Notes: generated by a model from the sequence alone, not told the origin. A stretch of DNA of 63,924 nt from Eledone cirrhosa (GCA_964016885.1 OZ024762.1:13454001-13517924); one strand, 5' to 3'. Numbered from the stretch's first letter, positions 45,319-60,582 are shown. Program-made: numbers and translations.

Positions 45319-45613
45319 AGAGAGAGAGAGAGAGAGAGGGAGAGAAGAAGGATGTGTGTGTATGTGAGAGAGAGAGCTGGTGATAAAGAGGGTCAGAGAG
45401 AAAGATATATATATATATATATATATATATTAATTTGCTCTACGGTTCTTATATATTTGATATATATTTATCCTTATCGAGCCCTCTTTGGATTTTAGTC
45501 TTCAAATTTATTATTATTACTATATATATATATATATATATGTATATATAGATGTTTCTTTATATATATATGTAGATAGATGTTTCTTTATATATATATA
45601 TATAGATATATAG

Positions 45614-45646
<33 letters not shown>

Positions 45647-46168
45647 GAGAAAAATAGTGAGAGAGAGAGAGGGTGGGGAAAAACAATTTAGAAAAAATCA
45701 AGAAAAGAAACGGGTAAAAAAAAACTACCCACACCTCTCAAAAAATGTCATAGAAAACCAACAAAGATGAATCAAACACCTGAAATAAAAGATGATAGTG
45801 AAGAGGACAGCAAAAGCATATCAAGGGTGGAGGTGGCGGGGTAGTATTGTGGGGTAGCGGGGTGGGGGTGGCTGGGTAGTATGGTGGGGTGGTGGGGTGG
45901 CGGGGCGTGGTGATGTGGTGGTGGGTTGGTGGGGTGGTGCTGTGGCGGGTTGGTGGGGTGACGCGGTGGCGGGATGGTGGGGTGGCGCTGTGGGGTGGTG
46001 CGGTGGTGGGCATTTGAAAATTATCATTACTATTATTATTACTATTATCCTTACTATTATTATTATTATTGCTATTATTATTATCCGTTTTCTTTATTAT
46101 CATTGTCGCCATCATCATTATTAATTTTCGTGTTTTATTAACTTCGTTTTCTTTATAATAGTATAGTA

Positions 46169-46207
<39 letters not shown>

Positions 46208-46943
46208 TAGTAGTAGTAGTAGTAGTACTTTTTGTATTAATAGTCGCAGTATTGTTGTATCTCGTACTTGTTATTGTTGTTGTTGTTGTTGGGCGGAAGA
46301 CGAGTTTAAAGAGGTGAGAATAATCTTTTTCATCACAAGAATTTACAGAAATTCTAACATGGAAGTCGATTTGAATAAAGCAGAGAAGCATTAAAAGAAT
46401 TATTGCTTGTTGTTTTCGTTCTTCAGTTGTTGAAATTCTAATACATTATTTTTATACAAAGGGTCGGATTGAAAGAAAAGAAAAATGCGAAAATATCTCC
46501 AACAAAAACCAACAAACAACCCACAATAACCCACCCGTTTATCATCACCCTTTCACACAAAAAATAAAATAAAAAGATGAAGGCAAACATCCAAAACGCA
46601 AATACCCAGAAAATATTTTTTTTAAATTTGGCGGAAGAAGACGAAAAAGTAATTTTTAAAAAGTTAGAAATAGGGGTGGAGGAAAACTATGAAGGTAAAA
46701 TACTTAAATAAGTTTATAAAAAAGTAAGGGTCAGTATTTTATTTTTGTTATATATATATATATATATATAAGTGTGTGTGTGTGTATGTGTGTGTGTGAG
46801 TATGTATATATGTATGTATGTATGTATCTGTATGTGTGTGTATATTTGTGTCTATGAGGGGCTGCTTTCTGAAGATTAAATTTGTTTCTTTTGAACAACC
46901 TTTGCTCAATAAAGAATGGATATAGTGGCACCTGAACCCCTAA

Positions 46944-47115
46944 ATGTCACCAGTGCCACTCCCTCCTATATGTCACCAGTGCCACCTCTTCCTAGATTCC
47001 ACCAGTGCCACCTCTCCTAGATGTCACCAGTGCCACTCCCCCTTATATGTCACCAGTGCCACCTCCCCCTATATGTCACCAGTACCACCTGCCCCTATAT
47101 GTTACCAGTGTCACC
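46944..47115. repeat. 25-26-bp minisatellite (atgtcaccagtgccac.tccc.ctat), about 7 copies
   Basis: Tandem copies seen directly. Confidence 0.9.
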
Positions 47116-48927
47116 TACCAAATATTGGTCTGATACCTCGGCCCCACATGGTCCAATATGGCCTGAGATAAGAAGCGGTGGAGGTCAATCAAGGAAGGAA
47201 AATGCCCTTAATTTGGATTTAGGTGAGCCGAAATCTTTTGAGGAAAACTAGGTAGACGCTAGTTGTGTGGGATCGGTTAGATATGTTGTTTAAAAGTCCC
47301 TTAACCTTTTACCCTTCCCTTCTCTCCGCACCCGAGATCTACATAGACCACTCCGAGAAACCCTGGCTAAGATTTTCTCTTGGTATTCAGTATCAATAAA
47401 GATATGGTATGCTGAAAATGAAAAATAGAAAACTTGGTACTTTTTATCGCTTTTATCACATGGTTGCTAGTTTGCCGTTTGTGCAAGAAAACAAAATTAA
47501 ACATTTTTTTCTTTTTCTCAATGGAATAAAAAAAATCCCATTAATTCAACTTTATTTTAAATGCATGTCTGTTCTTCCATTGAGCAACTTTGACCGGAGA
47601 TTTTTTTTCTTTTATTTCCCCCAACTTCGGGGCATTCAGCGCTAATTTATTGGGACTTTAAAACTATTACAGGGGACGTGTTATCGTTTATGTGACAAGA
47701 AAATTCACAGGAAATTTCAGAAAAAAAATTGGTGAGCAAATTTACAGGAAAATGACAGAAAGTTTGGCAATCCATTTTAACCATTAAATTCTTTTTTCTT
47801 TCAAATTTCATTTAGCTTTTAAAGATACAAGAAAATATCAAATTCGTTAAATAATATTAGGGATGGAAAAATCTAAAAAAAAAAAAAAAAAAAAAAAAAT
47901 CAATAATAATAAAAATAATAATAATTTAACAATCTGTAAAAAAAATGCAGGAAAAATGAATTTTAACTAATTTGAACACGAAGAAAAGGTGTAGAAATTT
48001 CGTTAAGCACAATCTGAAATTTTATTAAATGGAAATGAAATGACATTTTACAATTTCTTCTCAAAACATTATTTCAAGTAGACCTCCATCCCCACCTCTT
48101 CTGTTTTATAGGTGGTGGTGGACGTGTGGTGGTGGTGGTAGTAGTGGTAGTGGTGGTGGTAGTGGTGGTAGTGTTGGTGGTGATAGTAACTTGCAAGGAG
48201 TAAAAAGAAGGGGAAAAAATGATTGTTCATCTCTTAACGATGTGTATTTTTCGTAATTAAAGCATGGTGGTATTTTAATTCAAGGTGGCAGCTAGATATT
48301 CCAAAATTTATCTTTGCTTTTTAAAGTCAAAAGCCATACAGAGAGAACATGTCTAAGGACTTTAATAAGGCGAGAGAGAAATATGTAAAAAATTTCGAAA
48401 TAAATTGAAAAGTAAAACCAGTTATAAGACATGAGATATAAAACGTCTCAGAAGAAAATGGAGGTCGAAATTATGGAACAGCTCTGATCGATCGACAGGA
48501 TCCCAGACAAGATCCCAGATCTCATTCGCTTGCCAACTGTGGTGGACCTCGCCAAATTTGACCAAGAAAACAATGTTTCCATTGGTCTTTCCATTGCTAA
48601 TACTGACATATGGTGTTTCTAGAGCATGTTTTTAAAACCTAGCTGAGTCCATTTCTTCTCCAGGTCTGAATACAGAGGTTTTCTCCCAGAAGAAGATTGA
48701 TCCATTTTTTATCGATCTCGCAGGAATATTTTAAAACGAGGAGCTACATAATACCCAAGATTCAATCCATCCATAGGTTATCTAGTGGCCTTCAACCCCC
48801 TGTAATTGAAAACATACTCTTTCGTGTTTTCTTCTCTCTATATTGTATTATGAAGAGCCCGGTACTTATTCCTTGAGCCGCCCATTAAATTGCAGGGGAT
48901 ATGCGCGAGTCTTTAACTCCGTTGTTT

Positions 48928-48978
<51 letters not shown>

Positions 48979-49691
48979 AAATTGAAAGAACCACAGTGAT
49001 ATGTCGACTAAATAATCCCTGGCGATGGAAATAACATGTGACAGTAGCGCCTGCATGAATGTAACCCCCATCAACTGTCATATGTCGGATACGTCGATTA
49101 AATAACCCATAGTGATTAAAAAAAAGAAGCCTATGAACAGAAGCGCCTGCGTGAATCACATCATTCAACTGCCATATGCCAGGCAGCTGCTCCACCTCTG
49201 TTCACTTTTATTTCTATCTCCAAATGTTATTTATTCTACTTATTCAAATATTTTTTATAGTTGAGCTGTTCTGTGGGCGGCTTTTCAAAAGACGACAAAT
49301 ACTTTCAATTTTTTCAAATAAATTTTCCCTATGCTTCGTAAACGATGCAAAGTTGATGTTTATAATAAATATAAATTATTTAAATGCCAATATTTCTGCC
49401 ACCAGTGTCAGATATTATAATTACTTGCATGCAAAGATTTTGTCTTTAAGCCAAGAATCCGAACAGCTCGTCAAAGCTGCCTTCAATTTTATCTTCTTTC
49501 CACAAGAACATCGAATTTCAAGTGTCAAGAATTATTAACAATAGGCATCGTATGGCTAAGGATCGAGACAGCAGCAGCAGAGAGACAGCAGCAGTAGTAG
49601 AGACAGCAGCAACAACAGAAGTATACAGAACAACAGCAACAGTAGCAACAACATCAGAAGTAAAACACCTCCATCACCACCATATATATAT

Positions 49692-49745
49692 AGGAAAAGA
49701 GTCAGGACCCCGACGGCTGAGCTTCGGCCGTTTATTCGACAGCTA
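49692..49745 (-). mobile_element. Short diverged fragment of the U3-A8 hammerhead element (stem III and 3' end only)
   Basis: aggaccccgacggctgagcttcggccgttt matches 38855-38885. Confidence 0.7.
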
Positions 49746-49752
49746 TATGTTA

Positions 49753-49821
<69 letters not shown>

Positions 49822-50603
49822 GGTACATATCAATGTGTGAACATGCACATGTTCAGGAACAGATATACAACACAACAAACCGATGACAACGATGACGATA
49901 ATAATGGGGAGGAGAAGTAGGTGTGTGTGTGTGGGGGTGGGTGGGTAGGAGGAGAAGGTGACAACTGCTCGACGCCGAAGAATAAGAATTTGAAAATGTA
50001 AAAACTGTTGTTGCTTTTCTTATCTGTGGAACATCGTGACACAGGGAATAAAAATACGAAAAATTCTAGCAAGAGAAAAAACAACACACAGACAGACAAA
50101 AAAAACAACAAACAAACAAACAGAAATAGATAAATATAAAAAATAAAATAAAATAAAGAAGATATAAGACAATAAAAAACAAACAAAAAACAAACAAACA
50201 AACAGAAATAGATAAATATAAAAAATAAAATAAAATAAAGAAGATATAAGACAAAAAAAAAAAATTGAATTCCAAAAGAGAAAGAAAGAAAGATAGAAAG
50301 AAAGATAGGAAGAATGAACAAAGACCAATTGGAAGTAAAGAATGAGAAAGCGAAGAGAGAAGAAAGAGATGGTGCTAGAAGAAAATGCAAATTGGTCAGT
50401 GGAGTAGAGAGCAGTTGGGTAGGGGTGTTGCTGGTGTGGAGTGTGGTGGGGGTGTAGAGAGTGATGGGGGGTCAGGGAGAGGAGTGTAAGTGGAGGTAGT
50501 GGTACGTCGGTTAAACTATTAGATTAAAAATAAAAAATAAAATATACATACAAATAAAAATACAAATATATATACATATATATATATATATACATATATA
50601 TAC

Positions 50604-50664
<61 letters not shown>

Positions 50665-51264
50665 TACATATATATATATATATACACATACATGTATATA
50701 CACATACATGTATATACACATCTATATATACATATATATATATGTATAAATATATATATACATACATACATACATATATATATATATACATATATATGTA
50801 CATATATATACATACATATATATATAGATACATATATATATATATATACATACATATATATATAGATACATATAGATACATATATATATATATACACATA
50901 TATATACATATATATATCTATACATATATAAAAAAAATATCAACTGAGAAAACAACAACAACAACAACAACAGCAGCAGCAATAATAATAATGATAAAAG
51001 ACAAAAAAAAAAGTTAAAATGGCGACGGCTGAGTATTGTGGAAAACGAAAGTAAAAACCGAGAGTAAAAGTGAAAGTAGAAACAAAGAAAGAGTGAAATG
51101 AACAAATAATTTCAGTGCGTGTAATTATGCTAATGAAGTGTCAATTTGGGCTTTTAAGCAAAACAACTTAATTTCCTATACACTGATTAACTCACTATGA
51201 TGTGAAATAATTAGTTTATGATTGTACTGTTGTTGTTGTTGTTGGTGGTGGTGATGTTGCTGTT

Positions 51265-51574
51265 ATTGTTGGTATTGTTATGGCGTCTATGTGTTCTTTT
51301 TGTTGGTATTGTTATGGCGTTTAGGTGTTGTTGTTGTTGTTGGTATTGTTATGGCGTTTAGGTGTTGTTTTTGTTGTTGTTGTTAGTATTGTTATGGCGT
51401 TTAGGTGTTGTTGTTGTTGGTATTGTTATGGCGTTTAGGTGTTTTTGTTGTTGGTATTGTTATTGTGTTTAGGTGTTGTTGTTGTTGATATTATTATGGC
51501 GTTTAGGTGTTGTTGGTATTGTTATGGCGTTTAGGTGTTGTTGTTGTTGTTTGTATTGTCATGGCGTTTAGATG

Positions 51575-51606
<32 letters not shown>

Positions 51607-51810
51607 GGTGTTGGTGGTGGTGGTGGTGGTGGGTGTGTGGGGGTGGGTGGGTATTGTTGTTGGTATTAGTGTTGATATTGTTCTTATTGTGTTTAGGTCG
51701 TATTGATATTGTTATTGTGTTTAGCTCTTGTTGTTGGTATTGTTATTGTTATGGCGTTTATATGTTGTTGTTGTTGGTATTGTTATGGCGTTTAGGTGTT
51801 GTAGTTGCTG
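51265..51810. repeat. Minisatellite tggtattgttatggcgtttaggtg(ttg)n
   Basis: About 10 copies with variable (TTG) spacers. Confidence 0.85.
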
Positions 51811-52423
51811 TGTTGTTGTTGTTGTTGGAGGTGTTGTGTTTAGCTCTTGTTGGTATTGCTATTGTGTTTAGATGTTGTTGTTGTTTTGTTTGCTTGGTAT
51901 TGTTATTCATCGGATGTCCTTCTGTTGTTGTTGTTGCTCTTGTTATTGTTGTTGTTATTGTTGTTGTTGGTGCTGGTGTTGTTATTATTGTTGTTATTGT
52001 TGTTGCTATTGTTGTTGTTGTTGTTGTTGCTATTGTTGTTGTTATTGTTGTTGCTATTGTTGTTGTTGGTGCTGGTGTTGTTGTTGTTGTTGTTATTGTT
52101 ATTGTTGTTGCTATTGTTGTTGTTATTGTTGCTATTGTTGTTGTTGTTGTTGTTGCTAGATGTGGTGTTAGAGTTGATTGTGATTTAGTTCTCTCCTTCG
52201 TTTAGATAAATTGTGATTCTTTAATTAAGCATAATAAACAAATGCAAAAATAAAATAAGACACCACCAACAACAACAATAACAACACCAACAACAATAAC
52301 AACAATAACAGCAATAACAATGATATCTAGGCACAAGGCCAGCAATATTGTCATCATTAGTATTCTTCATTTAGAAAATCGTTCATGATAATTATTGTTT
52401 TCGTCATCGATATTGTAATTAGT

Positions 52424-52525
<102 letters not shown>

Positions 52526-52555
52526 ATTTAAATATATGTTATATATAAATAAATT

Positions 52556-52652
<97 letters not shown>

Positions 52653-52733
52653 TGTGACTGTATTTACATGGAAGTTCAATTTTCATGTAATTTAGAAATA
52701 AAAATAAATGCATAAAATATAGTATCGTTATCA

Positions 52734-52869
<136 letters not shown>

Positions 52870-54107
52870 TTACACACACAGACACACATACACAAAAGCA
52901 AAAGAAAAAAAACGTAGCAACATTATAATTTTTTATTTTATCTTAAAGTTTCTCATTCTTAAATTCGACAATTTAAGGCAGAACAAACCTGTTTTATTTG
53001 ATTGGAGAAGTTTCCAACTCTTCAAGTCTGGAATTCTAAAATTCTATATAAAATATCACACAGTAAATTGTTAACAAGTGTTGTGTGTGATTGTTATATC
53101 TTTATATTTATTTTCTTTCTGCTATTCCTTTATATATTTCCTTTCGTTGAATAAGGATTACAGGATGTTTCCATTTAAGTATTCATTTAATGTTTTTTAA
53201 GATCTATTTATTTAAAATTCTTTTAAAAAATGTATTTTATAGAATATATTTCTCTGTTTAGTTTTTTAATGTAATTTAATATTATTCATTTTAATTCACT
53301 TTTGATGACAATTCTAGAGCAGCTGATATTCGGAGATAAGAATCAAGTTAATCTTTCATGTGAGCTTAAATATGTGACAACATTTTACATTTTCTTCATA
53401 TATATTTATTTTTACTATTTAAACAGAAAAAAAAACAACAACAACAACAAATTGGACGTTATTGCAATAGCATCACCACCACCACCACCACCACCACCAC
53501 TATCACCACCAGCACCACCACTACCACAACAGCAACAATGTGGTAATATTCATAATACCAGCACCATCACAATCACCACCACAACAACAACGATGACGAA
53601 ACAACATCAATACTAACACCACCAACACCACCACCAGCAGCACCAGCACCAGCACTACCACCACCAGCACCACCACTACAACAACACCAATGATGAAATC
53701 CACACAGTAATAATACCACGAACACAACAAAAAAAAAAATCAAACAAGATCCTGGCTTCTCAGCCGTAAGCTGAGTAAATGAAATACGATAAGTTATCGA
53801 GACAACTGAATTACACGTTCAAGGTTCTAATCCCTCACTACCACCACCACCTCTACAACCACTACCACCACCACCACTACCATCACCACCACTACCACTA
53901 CGACCACTACCATCACTACCACTAACATCACTACCACCACCACTACAACCACTATCACCACCACCACCACCACCACCACTACGACCACTACCACCACAAC
54001 CACTACCACCACCACCACCACTACGACCACTACCACCATCATCACTACCACCACCACCTCCATCACCACCACCACCACCACCACCACCACCACTACCACC
54101 ACCACAT

Positions 54108-54212
54108 CCGAAAGGTTGTGAGTTCAACTCTCGGACCGGGTGATGTGTTGTTTCCTTGAGCAAGACACTTTATTTCACGTTGCTCCAGTTTACTCAGCTG
54201 TAGAAATGAGAT
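54108..54212 (+). mobile_element. tRNA-derived SINE fragment (B box plus CORE-like segment)
   Basis: ggttgtgagttcaactctc...tgtttccttgagcaagacactttatttcacgttgctccagtttactcagctgtagaaatgag. Confidence 0.6.
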
Positions 54213-54346
54213 GATACGACTCGGGTCCCAATCATTAAATCACCCAAGACCCGCCCCCCTCCCCAACGAGATACACATTGGAGGAGGCCAGCTAAACCTG
54301 CATAGGTGTGAGCTGTAACTACAACAACACATATATACACACATAC

Positions 54347-54389
<43 letters not shown>

Positions 54390-54655
54390 AACACACACAT
54401 ACACACACACCCACACATACACATACTGGTAAAGGACACTTTAAAAGTTTATAACCACGTGATATACAAATGTCAGTGAAAGCCTGTGGGTTAATAGAGG
54501 GTTAGACTTGTGGACATAAGATGGAGTGAATTTCATTATTGGACATGTCGTGTTTTGGACATGTCACTTCAACACAGGTCCTCTTCAATGAGAAGACTGG
54601 GGCCCTGTCACTGAAATGCGTAGGCATTACAATACAACGGGTGGGGGCACATAAT

Positions 54656-54700
54656 AGTACCACTGATGAAGTCGCAAATGTGTGGCGAAAGAACTTAGAT

Positions 54701-54704
<4 letters not shown>
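54656..54704 (+). ncRNA. Degenerate hammerhead ribozyme-like motif
   Basis: CUGAUGA-A-GUCGCA-AAUG-UGUGGC-GAAA-GAACU; stem I poorly paired; ends at (TA)n. Confidence 0.45.
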
Positions 54705-54739
<35 letters not shown>

Positions 54740-54913
54740 ATATATATATTTGTATTCTTAACCGTTGGTCAATCAATGATAAACATTGATTGCCAAATAA
54801 ATTAACCATGAGATATACAAGATAGAGAAGCGAAAACCAACACAAACCAAACAGTGAGTGTGTTCTGTTGTTATTTCTGGCAATATTATTACAACAATAT
54901 TATGACCCTCCCC

Positions 54914-54988
<75 letters not shown>

Positions 54989-55013
54989 TAGAGATATATA
55001 TAGATATATATAG

Positions 55014-55058
<45 letters not shown>

Positions 55059-55127
55059 TAGTGATAGATAGATAGATAGATAGATAGAGGGGCAGAGATA
55101 GAGAGACGGGGAGAGAGACAGATAGTG

Positions 55128-55195
<68 letters not shown>

Positions 55196-55405
55196 GGAGG
55201 GGTTAGACCGGAAAGTGGGTTTAAATACATAAACTGGAGTAGGGATTCGATTGACTTTATTTCCGGCCACAAAGAAATATAGGAGATATAAAAAATAGAA
55301 ACACCCACAACCACACACACACATTCTCACACAATCTCACACATATTCACGTATATTCACACATATTCACGTATATTTACACATAACCATAGATCGTCAT
55401 ACTTA

Positions 55406-55479
<74 letters not shown>

Positions 55480-56107
55480 ATGTAATATTTTAATACGAGT
55501 GATAAACGTATGTACGTATATATATATATATGTATATGTATATATGTATATATGTATATATGTATATGTATGTATATGTATATATATATTAATATATACA
55601 TTTAAATATATATATACATACATACATATATATATATGTATATATATATTAATATATACATATAAATATATATATACATACATACATATATATATGTATA
55701 TATATATTAATATATACATATAAATATATATATACATACATATATATATATGTATATATATATTAATATATACATATAAATATATATATACATACATACA
55801 CGCACACACGAATATATATATATATATACACATATATATATACACATACATACACACACACACGAATATATATATATATACACACATATATATACACATA
55901 TATATATACATATATATATATATACACACACATACATATATATACACACACACACATATATGTGTATGTATATGTGTGATTATATATCTCTATATATAAT
56001 GCATCTATATTTATAATCACATATCAATACAAACACATATGTACATATATATACATAATTTACACACACAGACACAAACATATAATTTACATATGTATAT
56101 ACACACA

Positions 56108-56143
<36 letters not shown>

Positions 56144-56511
56144 CATATATATATATAAATACATATATATATATATATAAATAAATACATATATATATAA
56201 ATACATATATATATAAATACATATATATATAAATACATATATATATAAATACATATATATATATAAATACATATATATATAAATATATATATATATATAA
56301 ATACATATATATATAAATACATATATATATATATAAATACATATATATATATATAAATACATATATATATATATATAAATACATATATATATATATAAAT
56401 ACATATATATATATATATGTGTATTTATGCATATATATATATATAATATATATAATATATATATATATATATAATATATAATATATATAATATATATAAT
56501 ATATAATATAC

Positions 56512-56558
<47 letters not shown>

Positions 56559-57010
56559 GGTAACAAACATAATAACTCGAAACTTAGTTGAAACATATCA
56601 AATCGGAACGTGTGTCTGATTTTCACAATGGATATGAAATATTATCGTTTGTTTTTAGTGTTGTATGATGTTGGCAAACGTCCCGAACGCATTGATCGGA
56701 AGACAACAAGTTGTGTCCACTTGACTCATGGTATTTAACGTTCACTATGTTACTCGCCGGAGTCGGAACCACAATAAACCGTTCTTTAATATCCACACAT
56801 AAAATAAACAAGGTTTAGATCCAATTAAGAATGCTAACGTTTCTGACACTATAGCTTAGTCTTATCGCTTTCCTTTCACCCCCAGCTCTCTCTCTCTCTC
56901 CCTCTCCCTCTCTATCTCTCCCTCTCTCTCCCCTCTCTCCCTCTCTCTCCCTCTCTCTCTCCACTACTCTTCGTCATCATCTGCTCACTTTCGTTCCTTC
57001 TAGCCGTCGC

Positions 57011-57056
<46 letters not shown>

Positions 57057-57402
57057 ATCATGTTCCGTTCTTTCTTCTGACCATCACCACTGACGCCGTC
57101 GCTCCTGTTTTTATTATTATTGTTATTGTTGTTGTTGTTTCATTTTTAAGACCGTCAAGACGAACACATGTGTATACACAAATACATATTCGAAAATTTA
57201 TGCGTACACGTATATATATATACATATATACACACATATATATATATATATTATATATACATTTAGACATATGCATATATATATATATATATATATACAT
57301 ACATACATATACATATATATATATATATATATACACATATATACACATATCTACACATATATATAAATATATACACATATATACAAAGATAAACAAATAA
57401 AT

Positions 57403-57449
<47 letters not shown>

Positions 57450-58747
57450 CACACATATACACATTTGCCGGACAATTACAACGGAAGCCGCCTGGTGAGA
57501 AATGCGATAGTCCGATGGAGATGGATGAGTTGGGGGCAGAGGTTATTGGCGGGGGGTGGGAGGTTCTGTCTTTGGCCAGTTTGATTCCAGCGTCTATGAG
57601 AACAAAGCATACACAACGCTCCCCCCCCCCCCCACACCACTATATACTCTCATACACATACACAAACTTGTAAAATATATCGAATGTAAGAAATTATTAT
57701 TATTATTAACATCATCGGTCTGTTCGGACGTTTTTTGCTCGCTCCCAGTAAGTCGCTTTATTTGCCTGTTAAAATTATTTGTTGTTAAATACTTCTTGCT
57801 GTGTAAGGGATATAAGCCCTTAGACTTTGCCCTGTGAAGAGGAAAGTATAATATTTGGGCCTTTTGGTCTAAATATTTGAACATTTTACGTTTTAAAAAA
57901 AATATATATTTAAAAAAACATGGCTGAGCCACGCCCCCCCCCAGCAATATGTCTGCTGTCGTGTGACAACGGCGTAAAAGTTGAGAGGAGGGTTAGTGAA
58001 ATTCATACAACAAACACCACCACAAACAATGTGAACGAAGACAACAACACTGAGAACACTAATTTTTAAAACATTACCACACCAACTACAACAATAACAG
58101 CGACAACCAAAATACAGACAACAGAAAAAAATGACAACAAATGCAACAACGATATTAACACCACTAACAAGAAAATAAACAGCGACAACAGCAACAATAC
58201 AAATTGCACCGAAAACAACAACGGTGGCACCAAAAACACAACCACCTACAACAGTGATAACAGCAACAACACCGTTTGTAGCAGTAGCAACAGCACCAAC
58301 AACAAGACCAGTAGCAGCAGTAGGAGCAGCAATAATGATGCCGAAGAAAAAGGGGCCACTTCTTTCGCAGGTGTGGCCCGAAATATAAAGACAGTGGTCG
58401 CCCCTCCCCCCAAAAAGTACACAGCCATAAACATGGCAAATAAAGAACTCTTATAACATATAAAGCAGCAAACAGACATCACAGAAAAAAAACTACTACA
58501 CCCCACCAACACCAAGAACTCTCCCGACAAACATAATCATCATTGAAATCAAAATAGAACATTACAAACTTTTAACACAAAAATTCCCCAACGCAGTTGG
58601 AGACTTCAGAGGGTCGGTTACCAAGAGGATATACACCGACATCTTCTTGGAAACACCCATGACCAGCCAAAGGGACGGTTCTACTCTCACTTCACCACAC
58701 GATCAAGGTAAGTGATCCTTTCTCACTTACCCCGTTTCTCATCCAAC

Positions 58748-59485
58748 ATGGCCGTACTTAGAATAGACAGTATGAATGCACGTGACCTGGGGTCATCTTG
58801 GAAGCAGGGTCACCTGCCCAACGACCTCATAGATGTGGTGGCCATCAGCGAGACCAGAATCTCCGAAGCACGAGCCTTCGCACCGATCTTCGCCGGCTAC
58901 GATGTATACGCATCTCCCAGCCGTCAAGGATCGGGGAGAGGGGTTACCGTGCTTTTTCGGAGAGTTTTGGATCTCGCCATGCGGGCCATCTTCTTGGACT
59001 CAGAAGGTAAGTCGGTAGTGCTGGACGTGACCGGCAGCGAAGTCAATGCTTTCATGCTAGTAGCCATCTACGCCCCAACAGGGGCAGGACGGCCAGATTT
59101 CTTCAGACGTCTAGAGACCTTTCGTGGAACGTCCCGCTCTTTAGTGTTAGTGGGCGACTGGAACGGTATCTTAGATGCACGCTGGGATTATGTGGGGCTA
59201 GTAGACAGGGCAGGAGGGTGTAAAAGCCTCAACAACCTGCTCAGACATTTTGAACTGTCTGACAGGTATAGAATGGATTATCCGAATGTGCCAATGTGGA
59301 CATGGGCAAACCGCATCTGGTCATCCAGATCGTATTTCTGTAGGGAAACAGATAAGGCTAATATAGGTTGTCCACAATTTAAAGTAGTCGACTACACGCA
59401 CCAACAATTTGTGATCTGTCAAGTTGACTTAGATAGACTCCATAGGCAAGGGCCCGTCTACTGGAAGCTGAAAGCGTCGTTTCTG
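58748..59485 (+). pseudogene. APE-type endonuclease domain of LINE ORF2 (degenerate)
   Basis: MNARDL, DVVAISETR, GRGVTVL, AIYAPT, LVGDWN, SDRYR, WTW, then the post-EN WKL motif; the SR(I/L)D and SDH catalytic motifs are eroded (SRSY, YTH). Confidence 0.88.
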
Positions 59486-59495
59486 GTTATCGACT

Positions 59496-59780
59496 GTGCA
59501 GATGGCCCCACCATCCTGCTTTAAAGAGGAGGAAGGGCAGGAAGTTTTCATCTGCCTGGTGGCCATGGCGAAAGAGATTGTGTGGTGGACAAGGTTGAAA
59601 GGGTTGAAGACGGACACTTTCCTCTTCGACCAATCCCTGATTAACTTTTTCAAGTTTCACTTGAAGAGGAAAATCAGGGTGGAGAGGCAAGTGTTGTCTT
59701 CTAGTAAGTTTGTTGAAAGGTGGGTGAAAGTGGCGAGTCTGGTCCAAGTGAACGGGCCCGCTCTGAGCATTCGCCTGTAG
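59496..59780 (+). pseudogene. C-terminal tail of Tx1-like ORF2
   Basis: FICLVAMAKEIVWWTR...FVERW resembles the AK..IW..R...F...W segment that follows the zinc knuckle in Tx1/L1 ORF2; directly followed by the 3' UTR. Confidence 0.65.
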
Positions 59781-60064
59781 ATTGAGGAGTGGGAAAACTG
59801 AGAGTGGGCGCTTGCCCTGGTAGTCAGGGTGGCCGTGGTCTTTTTTGTGTGGTTTTCGCCACGAGTGACCCTCGGAGGTTTCTCCCTTTTTGGGGAATTT
59901 TTGTTGTTTGAATTTTTTTGATTTCTAGCCCTATTTTGTTTTAACCTGTTTACACGACCAAAACCCACTTTGTATCGTCCTGTACTGTTCTGTGCCGTCT
60001 CTAATGTTTTTCTTCGTGTTAGCCCTTGTGGCCAATAGAAAAACCATTATTATTATTATTATAA

Positions 60065-60270
60065 GGCAGTATCGCTGGAGGGTCGGACGCTATGCTTTAC
60101 AGCACAGTTACGTCCCTTTACGGACTGTGTTCAAATCCCGCCGAGTTTAACTTTGCCTTTCATCCTTACGGGGTCGATAAAATAAAGTACTAGTAATGTA
60201 CTGGGGTCAAGTGAATCGACTTTCCCCCCTCCCCCCAAATTGCTGGCCTTGTGTCTAAAGTGGAAACAAT
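60065..60270 (+). mobile_element. tRNA-derived SINE with Meta/MESC-like core
   Basis: B box gttcaaatcc, then tttgcctttcatccttacggggtcgataaaataaagtac...ctggggtc...ccaaattgctggccttgtgtctaaa. Confidence 0.75.
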
Positions 60271-60359
60271 TATGATTACAAGCCGCTAGAGGGAGTGTTT
60301 AAGACTCTTCCATCACGACCCTCAGGAATAAGGGGCTGAAAAAGAAGAAGAAGAAAAAG

Positions 60360-60582
60360 AGTGGTGGATTGGCAATATCGGTAGAGCATCGGACATGCTT
60401 TACAGCATAGTGTTATGGCCCATTACGTTCTGAGGTCAAATCCCACTTAGAATAGCTTTGCCTTCATCCTCGCAGGATCGGGGTTGATGAAATAAAGTAC
60501 CAGTAATGCACTGGGGTCGATTTAATTGACCCCCCCCCCCACCTAAATTGTTGGCCTTCCTTGTACCTAAATCAGAAACCAT
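60360..60582 (+). mobile_element. Second copy of the same SINE
   Basis: Colinear homology to 60065-60270. Confidence 0.75.

Larger units (their letters stand above)
57950..60060 (+). mobile_element. Tx1/L1-group non-LTR retrotransposon, internally deleted (ORF1 remnant, APE endonuclease, ORF2 C-terminus, 3' UTR, (ATT)n tail)
   Basis: EN motifs as in the next feature; 3' end gcccttgtggccaatagaaaaacc followed by (att)n; 5' boundary approximate. Confidence 0.8.

Noticed and set aside
46944-47115. CRISPR-like array
   Set aside because: The ~10-nt inter-repeat segments resemble each other, the context is eukaryotic and there are no cas genes; it is a minisatellite
53755-53800. Two small hairpins flanking GAAA
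   Set aside because: No CUGANGA core or UH triplet in the correct positions
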